DNA of 64,000 nt from the NCBI RefSeq assembly GCF_018350175.1, contig NC_058383.1:15502001-15566000 (forward strand), in the 5' to 3' direction. A program made the translations under genes and the position numbers. This document shows positions 12,275 through 24,060 of the stretch, piece by piece. The notes under the pieces were generated by a model, which worked only from the letters and a program-made list of their open reading frames with translations, was not told where the DNA came from and did not search any database. Position 1 is the first letter of the stretch. The number at the start of each line of letters is the position of its first letter. The stretch is from Felis catus. Lineage: Eukaryota.

Positions 12275-14993
12275 GCAAATAAACTCAGATGTTTTATTCT
12301 GTAAAGCACATATGCACATATTTCAAACACAGAAAATGAATCTGGGAGTAAATGCCGTAACAGATCAGCTACTGACCATCATGCAGCAAGGTAAGTGAGA
12401 TGGGTCCGCCGGCCCTTCTAAGCCCACAGCGCCTGCAGGAGGGTGGAAAACCAGGATACTGAATCCCTACAGACTGCCAAAGAAAATGCAACCAAAACGG
12501 CAGGCTCCTAGTGACGAGAAAAACTTACAAATAGAATCAAAACTGATTCAAGTCATACAGTGAAAGCACAAAAGGAAAAAGGAAAGAGATCAATATGATC
12601 TGAAACAACCATTTAATAGTAAGTTGCTAACCTTGAATTGGACCTCCAGTCCAAGATGCCTGAGGACGCGCCAGTGCTCCCGTGCGGGGTCACTCAGAAT
12701 GGCCTGTGGGCCCTGTGTGGGACGCTCTTCTAATCCTGAGGGTCCCCCAGCAAGACGCAGCGGAGGACTGGGCCTTGTCTCCAAGTGCCCAGATGTTAAC
12801 AGGACTCTGGACTTCCTGAGATTCCATGAAAGTCTCTCCGGTTCCTAGACCTCTTCACCCAGGCCCATGGCCTCTCCTCTTCCCCGCTTTCTTTTATACG
12901 CCTGACTGACTCTAGGTTTCTAGAAGATTTTGAGAATTACCTGCTAGAGCGAATGCTGGATTTTTTAAGTGTGTGTCCTGGCCTCATGGACAAGTCATAC
13001 TGTCCAGGCATTTTTGGCACTTCCTTCCCTCATGCCTAACAGAGTCCTTCCTCCCCTGGCTAGAGATTCCAGCCATTCCCTGTTATTACAACAAGTGTAA
13101 TTAACATTAGCAACAAGCTGGACTGAACAAACCAGTGAAACTGACGTTTTCCACCTGTCTTTCTCCTTTTGTGTTACTCTGCCAGTTATAAATCTATCCC
13201 TGTAACTCAACTTCATGGGGATTTTATCAATTCAGTAGCAGCTTAACCTAAAATCTGTTGGTCTTAATGATACTGATGTTTCTGAAGGCCAAACCAAATG
13301 GCTCTTTCTCAATCTTGTCTCATAGAAGTCTCAAAGTCTCTAAAGAGAAAACTAAAGGACCAGGTTAGCCATGCATCATGTAAGCAACTCATAAAAAAAA
13401 CTGGATAGACAAGTATGATCACTACACTTGAAATGTACTAAAAGGAAAAAAAAAAAGGGATATTAACATATTAAGTTACTACAGTGATTATTTTAATAAT
13501 CTTCAGTAAGAGCCCACAATTGTTTTCCATTCAAGAATGCCTGGGATCAAATGTTCTAGGACAATTATTTCAGACTGCAGGACTAATTCTAATTGTGAAC
13601 AGACTACAGACCTGAAGTTCAGGGGAAAAAGTGCTGAGAGTCACGTCTAAGGTTTTAATGGCCCTTCTGCTACATAATGTTGCTCAGGAGAACACAGAAG
13701 TCAGTAATGACAAGGACTTATTAAGGCAAAGAGCTATTAAGGAAAAACCGTAAGAATACAAGAAACAACAAAGGACTAGAAAAAGTAACACAATTTTTTA
13801 AAACATAAATATGGAGCAGAAAGAAAAAGGGATAAAAGATTTAGATCATCCAAATGCCACAGGAAAGAAAAATGCTTTGGGTTTTCCTGATACGTGGCAA
13901 ATCAGAAGTCCTTTCCTCAAATTTCACAGGCATTGTTTCCACGTTACTGATCTACGAGCTGCCATTTTCCTTCTGAAGATATGTTCATTGCATAAAAACA
14001 TATGCAAAAAGTAAAAAGAAGAAAAAAAATCCACTCCCTCTTCAAAGAAGAAGCTCTTTTACAACTATGAGACTGAATCATCTGTCTCTCTATACTGCCA
14101 GCTGCACTCCAGAAAACAGAACAGCTAATTTCTACTCTAGAGCCATTTACTTAATTTTTAAGCTCTTTTGAGTGAGGACACTGCTTTAACTTTTATAAAG
14201 GAGTGAAGGGACAACAGAGAAGAAAAGGACAGTGGCACATTCTGTGCCAACTCAACTCAAACAAGACCAGGTTCCTCACCATCCATGTGGAAAATGAAAC
14301 TTAGATCTTTACCATGTAGGTGATTTTTAAATATTTAACTCTTTACTCAAGATAAAAGCACAAGTCTGTCCTAACTAGAGTAGTATTAAAATGTGACTAT
14401 TTTACTTGTTCTTCAAAGAAAAAAAAACAAACAGAACAAAAAACTAAGAAAGATAGGTATGTTTCCTTGCAAGCAAAATGGAGAAAAAGGTATTATTGTT
14501 GTTACCATGATTATTAAGCCACAGACACATAAAATCCACAAAATGGATTGGTGGCTTTGGAAATGCAGTATCATATCGAAGGTGCAGACTGTTTGGAACG
14601 TTCTGTACATATCGGGCTGAAACAAGAACCAAAGCAAACCTCAACCCCACCAGCAATGAAATGCCCCTGTGACCTTGGCAAAGATGGCATGGTCTGCTCC
14701 CCAGCAGTAAGATCACGCTCTTCTCTGGCGCTACGCAGAACCATCCCAAGTCCACAGGTGAGGCTGAAGGGTTCCCGCTGCACCCAGTGTGAAGCACGTG
14801 CATCATTGGACCAATTTCGGAATAGATTTTTATAAATATATACAAATCAGTTACAGGCACTTGAAATGTCTTTGGCTGGAATAACCCAACATTGCAAGAT
14901 AATATATTCACAGAGTGTCCAGGCCCAGGCTGGGTTCAGCAGGCAATGATTATGGTTCTCTCAGTCTCTCTTAGAAAACGGGCAGTTGTGGGA
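12275..14993 (-). other. TMEM248: TMEM248 3'UTR (~2.7 kb)
   Basis: SINE-free, U-rich on the minus strand, running from the stop codon to the poly(A) signal; exact cleavage site estimated. Confidence 0.8.
12293..12298 (-). terminator. Polyadenylation signal AATAAA of TMEM248
   Basis: Minus strand reads AGAATAAAACATCTGAGTTTATTTGCC followed by GU/U-rich GTGTCTCTGTTTT downstream element. Confidence 0.8.
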
Positions 14994-15014
14994 TTAGGCA
15001 TCAGCCAAAGCCAC
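14994..15014 (-). CDS. TMEM248: TMEM248 last coding exon (VALADA-stop)
   Basis: Acceptor CTTCTTTTCTAG|GTG GCT TTG GCT GAT GCC TAA. Total CDS 159+286+151+184+144+21=945 nt = 314 aa plus stop. Confidence 0.95.
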   Translation of the reverse strand: MALADA

Positions 15015-15499
15015 CTAGAAAAGAAGAGGAGGAGCAATCCGGTCACACGGTAAAGCCCAGGTAACTCAGCCCCGCCCAGTACTCTTACTGAGTTCGGGTC
15101 CCCAACCAAACACCAGGGAGCCATACGGAATGCATCGATCAGGCAGGGGAATTACTAAATCCCTAAGAAAACAATGTCACTTGGCAGAGAATGAAGAGAA
15201 ATCTCAAAGTCCATTGCAGGAAGTAGCTGATCTAGTGGAACCACCATGCTGAGACAGAGTTAACAGTTTTCAAACCCTGATCAGCATTCTAGGAGAGGAT
15301 TTCTCAAGCCGATAGAAACCGAGAGGAAACAGCCCTTCAGGGTCAGCTGCTCTCCAGTAGGACTTTGAGAACAATTCCCAATCAGTACCTTTTGCCAGCT
15401 AAGGCTTGGGTATACGACTGAAAATCCAAAATCATCATTTAGGCTGAGAGTAGACTACATCTGATAAAAAGACAGGAACGAGTCTCACTAATCGAACTA

Positions 15500-15651
15500 G
15501 TGAGTTTGAGCCCTATGTTGGGCTCTGTGCTGAAAGCTTGGAGCCTGGAGTCTGTTTCAGATCCTGTGTCTCCCGCTCTCTCTGCCCCTCCCCTGCTCGC
15601 AGTCTGTATGTGTCTCTCTCTCAAAAAGAAACAAACATAAAAAAAAAAAAA
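15500..15651 (+). mobile_element. 5'-truncated SINEC in last TMEM248 intron
   Basis: Starts GTGAGTTTGAGCCC; poly-A; TSD AAAAAGACAG(G/T)AAC. Confidence 0.9.
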
Positions 15652-15775
15652 GACAGTAACTAATTTCTCTGGTGGAAAGGTGCCATCCACAATAAATGGA
15701 ACGGGGACTAAGTGGGGACTTCCTGTCTGCAGAGATCTCCAGCAAAATCTCGGCCAGACCCCACCCACTGCTCAC

Positions 15776-15919
15776 CTTCTCAGGACAAAAGTCAGGATTG
15801 CTCTGACGCAATTTGCTGGGTCTGCCTTTGATAACCGCATAGCAAAACATTGTTATCACCATCACGAAGAGGAAGTAACTGGTGTGCATGAGATGCAAAT
15901 TTATTAATGAACGGTCATC
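15776..15919 (-). CDS. TMEM248: TMEM248 coding exon 5 (144 nt), second TM helix
   Basis: DDRSLINLHLMHTSYFLFVMVITMFCYAVIKGRPSKLRQSNPDFCPEK. Acceptor TCTTCATTTAG|GAT, donor AAG|GTGAGC. Confidence 0.97.
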
Positions 15920-17284
15920 CTAAATGAAGAGAATAAACCAGAAACATCTGCACTGAGTTACTGGAAGATTTTAATGCTGGGTTTCTGGAAACAGGGTTCA
16001 TAACCTCCTGACTCGCCTAAACTTTAATTCTCAAACTGAAACGAGGTTTCTCTTTTTCTCTTCTAAACTATTAAAGCTGGATCTAAGTAAAGATGGTATT
16101 CCTGGAACCACCCACTCCTTCCTAAGGCAGCCCCCTGCCCTGGCTTCTGCACTCCTATACTGCCCAGGAACCCAAGAATGCCCTGTCCCCATTTCCCCCC
16201 ACCCCTGAAGTTCCCAGAGACCAGAGGCCTTAATCCAGACCCTTCTCTTGAGTCCTCTGACTGCCCTCAGGTCACATGGCTGACAGCCCAAGACTGTGTT
16301 CCTAATTCCTTGTCACTCCCCCACCAGGAAGGCTTCTCCCCTTGGGCAGCTTCATTCCTCTCCCTTTCTCCCCCTTTCCAAGTCCCTGATTCACTCCTCT
16401 CTGACCTCCCACGTGCAGTCAGTCACCAGGCCTGCCAGCTGCCGCGTCCCAGCCATGCTTCCCTCCCTTTTCCTTCACACGTCTCCAGGCCTTGAAACAT
16501 CAAGCCTTGGGCTCCATCGCATAAACACATCATCAGGTGGGAGACCAGCCTTCCTAACACACTGCTTCACAAAGACCCTACAGTGTCCCTCAGCAAGGCA
16601 TCTTTCTGGAACCTGGCCTCTGCCCAGCATCCAGCCTGATCTCCATTGGTGACTCCTTGCAGGGCCCCAGCCCACCAACTTCTACAACTTGATAAAATGA
16701 GATGTAAGAGAAAAGGACCAGGCAAAAAGAAAAGAAACCCACCTGACATATAGTGACCAGAACAAAAGTAAGGGCGTTTACAATAATCCGTGCAGTCTGT
16801 TAAAAGCAGGTTCAAGTCTAAGCAGGAGGCTAAATGAGCCTCCCATCCACTGGTCCAGATCCACTGGTCTTCCTCCTTATTAAGTAAGATCCTCTCCAGC
16901 TCTCCCTATCTGGCCAAAGACTCAGCTCCTCCTATTTACTTCTACCTTTCTAAATTCCAAACTTATTTATTTTGCTCAAATTGACCTAACCAAATATTCT
17001 GAGTGGCGGTGTGACTGAGCAGACGGTATAAGCACCTCTCGTCACCCCCATGGGTCGGGCACACGACAGCTGCTCAACGAGTAACCGCAGCCAAGCAGCG
17101 CAGAAAATGAGCAACAAATGCAGGGCTGGTTAGCTAAAAAGGTGGCCTATTTCCCCAAGTCTCTAGTCTCCCGACCCAGCTGGAAATCTAGAATGGCATG
17201 AGCTAAGCTAGCCCACCGAGGTAAAGAGGGCCTACGCTAATAGTTCTCAGACGCAGGGACACACACACGACTTTTCTCACTTAC

Positions 17285-17468
17285 ATCCGGAACAATAACT
17301 GTAAGCTTGGGATTTAAAGCATGATAGACTTTTCCAATGGCCCCCTTGTAACACCAGAAAGGATTGTAATCTTGAGCGTATTTTGTGTTGGCATCTCTGG
17401 CAGTCGTGAAGATCTTGTACCAGAGCGTGGCATTGCTGTATGTGTCAGGAACACAGTGCGGTGGCTGC
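17285..17468 (-). CDS. TMEM248: TMEM248 coding exon 4 (184 nt)
   Basis: QPPHCVPDTYSNATLWYKIFTTARDANTKYAQDYNPFWCYKGAIGKVYHALNPKLTVIVPD. Acceptor CTTCCCCTGCAG|G, donor GAT|GTAAGT. Confidence 0.97.
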
Positions 17469-18568
17469 CTGCAGGGGAAGAGTGGCAAAGACACGTGCTC
17501 AGTGGCCTGAGACGGTTCCTTGTGTCTCCCCCGCAGCCCCGGCACAATACTGAGCACAGCCACATGCGTGGAAAGGAGAGAGAAGAGACATACATTTAAG
17601 GAAAATCACAGGATTTTTTTCGTTCACAGATTTCTAAGAAATTATTAAACACGGAATAAGAAATCGGCGTGTCACATTCACGAGTCCGGTTGTTAAGACC
17701 TTTGCCTCCGCAGGTCAGTCAACACGGTTCTCTTGCATACGACGCAGCCAAAGAGACACTTGCTCCTTTTAAGCCCAGTTTCTCAAATTATCTAAATTCT
17801 TAGTCACAACTGGAAGTTTTATGCACAGACGACTCCATTATATTATATACAATTGGTCATACACAGCCAATAGCAAATGTTTAACTTACCTGCTCTTGTC
17901 CTGCAATCTCCAAATGTCTCAAATAGATAAATCACAGGATAACTATTCTTATTTAAAAAAACGATTCATCACAGAATTCTTTTACATAGGCTACGTCTTA
18001 TGTATTTTATGTATCTATAGATCGTTATATCCTTCACAGAGAAAGGAGAGGCAAAAAAACCCCAAAAACCTTAAAAGACCAAGTGGTAACACTGATAGCC
18101 ATGCAAAAAATTCGAAGCAGAAATTTCACCAACAGAAACTATTTCACAGAAAATAAGATTCATTTATGCTCTCGATTTAAAAAATAACTCCTTGTGAATA
18201 ACGGAGATCAAAACTTCACGTTTCGGGAAGCTTCATTATGTCATTCTGGTCACAGGATCAGCTCTTACTTATCTTTTCTGTGACACGCTTCCACCAACAG
18301 GAAAGGCAGCCTAAGAACATGTAACAAAAACCAGATGCTTTTACCACCTGCGGAAGGATTCACTCGCTCTTTAATACTTCTATGCAGAAGTTCTACCTGT
18401 AAGATTCCAAAGTCAACTTAAATAATCCTTCAGCCACGTCTGGCTGTGACAGTCCTACAGAGTAATTGACTGGAAGCCACCCTGAGAGTCTGCTGCTAAA
18501 GTGCCCCAGTCATACTCTGGTACATGGAGCTCGTGACACGCAACCACTGGGCCCAGGAAGCCACTTAC

Positions 18569-18719
18569 ACAGTGACGGGGAACACGCCGGGGTTGGCTGT
18601 GAGGGTCATGCAGGCTGTGAACACCACCTGCTCACAGTGACCGTGAAGGGCGCAGTCGTCCGAACTCCAGGCTGTAGGCAGGGTAAAGGTAATGTTTATC
18701 TCCTCGTGGGCTTCCCTGC
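18569..18719 (-). CDS. TMEM248: TMEM248 coding exon 3 (151 nt), not in ORF track
   Basis: Hand translation: (G)REAHEEINITFTLPTAWSSDDCALHGHCEQVVFTACMTLTANPGVFPVT(V). Acceptor CTCTTTCCTAG|GC, donor GT|GTAAGT; phases 1 and 2 match neighbours. Confidence 0.96.
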
Positions 18720-19559
18720 CTAGGAAAGAGAAATCGGGGTGGGGGGGTGTTTGGTAAACAAAGGTGAGAACTCATATATTTGTTATGTTCTGGGATTTCA
18801 ATGAATCCTGGAACCTAACCCACCCAGGAATCACCTATCAGCCCACAGAAGAAATATACCTGCCTTTGTGGGATTTTAGGAACAAGAGTCCTGAGCCAGG
18901 CTCTGAGGCCTGCTCACCTGGTAGAGCCACAGCTTGGCAAATGGAGAGGGGCCGCTGTTTGCCAGCGCCTGGAGATGTCAGGCAAGGGCCCACAGTGACT
19001 GAGTTGGAAAGCTGGGGGCTGGGTGAGCCATGATCACCACTATTTTCGCACGTGAACAGCACTCGTACCATTTTCAAATTGCTTTTGTATATGTTCTTTC
19101 ACGTAAAGTGTGCCATTAGCCCATGAACGTGACCACAGAAGTACTGATGTTCCCCTTTCACGTAGGAGCAGATGGAGGATCAGAAGCTCTAACGGACTTA
19201 AGGAAGGGCAGGGAACTGGTAAGGGCTAAAGAAGCTTAAACAAAAATGAAGGTCTTCTGATACCACAGCGGAAGGTCCACTTGATGCCCAGAAGTCACCC
19301 TCACCTCAGTCCCACAGGAGCAGCTCTCGCCTGTAAAACCAGCAGGAGGCTGCCAGGCACTTTAAGCTACCTGAGGACTTTAAGAGGCTCTTGGTAACAA
19401 AGAACCAAAGATACTTCTTCTAAGGTCCAGGCCTCTGCAATGAAGCCTTTCCTAATTATCCCAGCTTCCACTACTTCCTCAACACTCTCCTGAATCACTT
19501 AATAGCTGTCATGGTCAGAGGACACTATTGGTCAAAGGGCAGTGCTCACTGTTCTGTAG

Positions 19560-19755
19560 ATGTTTATTTTTTTTATTTTTTGAGAGAGGATGCGCAAGTG
19601 GGAGAGGGGCAGGAGAGGAGAGAGAGAGAATGTTAAGTAGGCTCCACACCCAACGCGAAACCCAATTTGGGGCTTGATCTCACAACTGTGAGATCACTAC
19701 CTGGAGCTAAAATCAAGAGTTGGATGCTCAACTGACTGAGCCACGCAGGCGCCCC
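19560..19755 (-). mobile_element. CAN-SINE
   Basis: Ends CTGAGCCACGCAGGCGCCCC. Confidence 0.88.
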
Positions 19756-20323
19756 TAGCTGTTAATTTTTAATATTACTTAACACACACTTAATATAGCA
19801 TTTCCTTTGTGCCACGAACTATTTTAAGTGCCTGATGAATATTAACTCATGTTATCCTTGTCTCTTCTGTAATCCTAAATTTCCAACTGGACAAGACCAG
19901 ACCTTAGCCTTTTTCTAGTTATTTTCAGCAGCTAGGGCTGAGCTAATGTAGGCATTCAAAAATTTGTAGACTATAACAATATTTATATTTGTAGACTAGT
20001 AACAATATTTATAGTATGTATTGAAAACTCCATGATGAGAAGCTTGAATAAAAATTTGTGCTTGTAAGTATTAAAACCAGAACGAGGCCTTAAAGTTGCT
20101 TCTCGGCTGCTTTTATTGAGCGCCTACTACATACCAAACACTTTAAGTGAAGATGTAGTAGAAATAGTTCCTTCTTGACTTCATTTAGTTCAAACTCAAG
20201 AAAAGGGGAGACATGCAAAAATAAAAATAGTCTGATGAGTAAAGACCACATACTACTAATACTCTGTCTTCGAAGAGTTGTTGCCTAAGAAAATCTGGAA
20301 GGAAAATGGCTACACTCACACAC

Positions 20324-20609
20324 CTGAAAGTCCAATCTGATGCCCTAAAATGGTCGAGTACAGATGGGTGACATTGCGGGAGTACCCTCCAAAGGGCTTC
20401 AGTGGGTCCAGGGTTAGGGTGATCGCAACTGAGATGTTAACTGGGCCTGAATCCTCCAGGGCCTGAGGGGACTGGGTGGACGCTCTGGCCTGCCCGCTGG
20501 TCATTGTGCTCTCCGGAGCCGTGGTGTCATTTGTGAGGTGCTTTAACGTTTCATTCTCGGATACACACAAGTCCAAATCGTTAAACCGCAGCAGAAACGT
20601 GTTCCAATC
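20324..20609 (-). CDS. TMEM248: TMEM248 coding exon 2 (286 nt)
   Basis: DWNTFLLRFNDLDLCVSENETLKH...LGHQIGLS+G. Acceptor TTTTACTGCAG|GAT, donor CAG|GTGTGT; ends phase 1. Confidence 0.97.
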
Positions 20610-21059
20610 CTGCAGTAAAATGCAACAGAGGGAAGTAAGTGTGAGAAAGTCGGAAAGTGCTGCCACCACACCATCTGGCCACGACCTGACGACCCCCCAG
20701 TGTGGTGTCACAGGGCTGCAGGGGAATGACACTTCTGAGTCACTCATTTAAAACAGCAATGACAATACAGCCATCAGCCTCTTGTGTTGGTGTAACAGTG
20801 GGGTTTCCAAATCACTCTCATATTCACAATCTAAAATATGAATTCTTAACTGGCATGAGATATTAAATATACCAGGAGATTAAACCAACTTATTCAAGAA
20901 ACTGTGTAGAGAACAAACCAAAATAGCACATACTTATAGAAAATGATCTAGCTTCAGAACCAAACCTGAAAAGAAAGCCTAAATGAAAGTAATAAAAATT
21001 AAAATTAAAAATTAAAAGCATTCATCCAAATTTAATTAGCCAAAAAAATAATCCATTAT

Positions 21060-21330
21060 TTTTAAGATTTTGTTTTTAAGTAATCTCTACACTCAATGTG
21101 GGGCTTGAACTCACAATCCCAAGCTCAAGAGTCACCCGCTCTACCAACTAAGCCAGCAGGCGCCCCACAATTAGTTATTTTTTAAAAATTAGGCAGCCTT
21201 GGGGTGTCTTGCTGGCTTAGTCAGAAGGAAAGGCATGCAACTCTTGATCTTGGGGTTGTGAATTCAAGCCCCACGTTGGGTGTAGAGATTACTTAAATAA
21301 ATAAAACTTAAAAAATAAATAAGTAAATAA
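21060..21330. mobile_element. Two short old CAN-SINEs, head to head (21060-21166 minus, 21201-21330 plus)
   Basis: CTAAGCCAGCAGGCGCCCC and GGGGTGTCTTGCTGGCTTAGTC...GTAGAGATTACTTAAATAAATAAA. Confidence 0.85.
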
Positions 21331-21816
21331 GGCTGCCTTAAAATAATTCCTCAAAAGGGAAATTCTATACATCTTGTTTTCTCTCTGTAGAATGCAAAAG
21401 TGTAGTCAATACCAATATTCATGTGGTACTTCCCCCGCCTTGTCATGGACTTTGGAACATGACCACCTTAAAACAGAACAATTTCAGAAAGGAAGGGAAA
21501 CGATATTTATCAGGCTTCTCTTACGATCTGTACTGATGATTTAAATCATAAGCAATTTTAAAAACACATACAGCTGATTATGTCATGATTAAACTGAAAC
21601 CAACCTAGTAGAGTACCCACCTGGTTCTATTTTAATTTTCACAGAAATGCAAAGATGAACGCAGGCTGAAAAGTGACAACAAACTAACCTAGGCTGTCCG
21701 ACAGAACTTCTCTGTCCCAGCAACATTAGTCTACAAAAAGTTGCCAAATGTGAAGACAAACCCAGTTACACTTCCAATTACTCTAACACTAGCCACTGAT
21801 TAAAAATGCCACTTGA

Positions 21817-22000
21817 GGGGGCGCCTGGATGGTTCAGTCGGTTGAGCGTCCGACTTCGGCTCAGGTCATGATCTCACAGTTTGTGAATTCGAGCCCCACA
21901 TCGAGCCTGGAGCCGGCTTTGGATTCTGTGTCTCCCTCTCTCTCTGCCTCTCCCTCACTCGTGCTCTCTCTCTCAGAAATAAATAAACATCAAAAAAAAT
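21817..22000 (+). mobile_element. SINEC_Fc with internal deletion
   Basis: SINE head and tail; lacks GGCTCTGTGCTGACAGCTCA segment. Confidence 0.9.
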
Positions 22001-23901
22001 TTTTTTAAATGCTATTGGATATCCCTGACTCTCCTTCAGGGAGGCGGATTTGAGGCTTTCTCTCTCGTCCCCTCATGAGGCTACCTCTCAAAAAACCTTT
22101 TCCTTGCTGCATTAAATAAAAAGCCATCTGAGCAATCCTTGAGCAGTCAAGTGAGTCTACCTTTACAGCATCAGCGGATCAGTGCATGGTATTTAGTAAG
22201 ACTGCAACTCGATGTATAAAATTACATTCTCCCCAAACCTACAAACTCAGGAGACCTGAGCTGAAATTGAACTGAAAATTAGAGCTGAAAATGAACATTC
22301 TAGTCCCATCCCTTCATACTCCAGACATGGGCTGGCTCTCCAGTCCCACAGCTGAAGGCACAATCTGGATTAAGTTTTTTGACTCATAGCCCCAAACTTC
22401 ACCCATATTCCTCAGATCCTCATTTGAAAAGAAAAGCACTAAGTTAATCATAACCAAAGTTCTGCAGTATCCTGGCACTGCTTTCCTGCAGAGTTCAAGT
22501 CCATTTTGAACAGCTGGTCAAAGCCAATGTCAGGCTCCATTTTGATTATTAAAGACTAATTATCCAGGCTACCTCTTAATCACTTAGCTTGGCTGAGTGT
22601 TCAACATGGCCTTGGGCTCTGAAGAAAAGTAATGCCAGGATGCTGTGGAGCCCTGGTTCTGACTAGAATATCCATTTTCAGCCCTAATGTGAGTACAGCC
22701 TATTTGCACAACCTTTAAAGATTCAGAGTCAGAAAAGAGGGAAAACTGAGCCAGCCAGTAGGTCTCTTCTTGGTTAGAAACTCTTTGAAAGGGTAGAAAT
22801 AGCTATTTCATGGTAGAAATAGCTAAAACTTGTTACCTAAACTGTCTGAAAGAGTTCACTTGTGAAGGTGCACCTTCCTGTCAAGGTATTCTAGGATCTA
22901 GAATACCAGAGAGCAGAAAAGGCCACGATCCCCATCACACAGGGTAGAACCCTCCTCTTAGTCACGAGGCACACACAATGAGGCAACGCTGCAGTCTCGA
23001 CCCCCACTCCCGCTCCTACTCCCACCTAGGAACACACCCAAGAAGAAAAAGGGTAAGAGAAGGAACTCCGGGAATCTACGATGACAGGTACTCATTTGTC
23101 CTGAAAGAAACTTTATCCACCAGTAAATTCACCGTATCATTAATTCAGCATTATTTCTAACATGTAAAATATATTAATAGGTACAGTATCATTCACTTCT
23201 GTTAAGAATTGTTAATTTTGTATTGTTTTCTTTGTATTTGCAAAAATACACCTTTTAAGATCTGTATTATGAGTGTTCAAACTATTATATGCCTAGATTA
23301 AGGATTAAAGAGCAATACCCTAATAATGTATTTAAACTGACCACAACATAAAAATCTAGAAAGCGAGTTTGTAGATAACTGAAATTCGGCCTAATAAAAA
23401 AGACAAATATATTTGGAAATAAGACCCAGGTGTTCTATTTCTTTAGCATCCCTTCTTTGGCAGTGAAAAAGCTATCGGTACAGCTAAAAGAAATTCTATG
23501 ACATGTGGCTTCAAGATAACAAATATTTACAGTTTTCAAAAACAGCAATTAGCTAATTTAAGATAAATTTAAATTACTTATTATTAATTTAATAACAGCA
23601 AATATGTTAGTTCCTGGCCTTCCTGACACAAACATTTTACAAATATATTTTCCAAAATACACGTTTCATTGCTGAAATAGTCTAACTGAAACTGATGGCA
23701 TTATTTAAATCAACAGTTACCTAACTAGATACCTTCTAACAAAGTGAGTCATAGGGAAGACAAAAGATTGTGAATAAATGCTGCTCTCTCTCACTGGGTT
23801 AAAATGTCCCCACCAAAGAAAGGTGTGTGGAGAGCGCAAGGGTGTTCTCCCACTGGGTAAGGTCGGGCCAGCCTGACAGGAAAACTTAAAATATACAATA
23901 C

Positions 23902-24060
23902 CTCTGCCATTTCCGGTGACTTAATCTCCTTGATTTTGAAGAAATAGCCCAAGGTCAGGAAAGCTATTGCCATGGCGCTGACACTGATCATAAAGACCAC
24001 AAGGGGAGGCCGGCTGCTGATGTACAGCTTCAGGTTCTCCAGGGGGTTGATGTTGAACAT
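23902..24060 (-). CDS. TMEM248: TMEM248 coding exon 1 (transcript exon 2 = 23902..24078), aa 1-53, includes first TM helix
   Basis: Translates MFNINPLENLKLYISSRPPLVVFMISVSAMAIAFLTLGYFFKIKEIKSPEMAE, recognised as the TMEM248 N-terminus. Acceptor CCCTTTTAG|GTG at 24078 and donor GAG|GTATTG at 23902; 159 nt, phase 0. Confidence 0.97.

Noticed and set aside
14444..14911. 155-aa minus-strand ORF after the TMEM248 stop
   Set aside because: Lies in the 3'UTR, has a non-ATG start and shows no recognisable similarity.
22020..22120. Short stretch resembling an ERV1-type LTR tail
   Set aside because: About 90 bp with no termini; family cannot be supported without a Dfam search.
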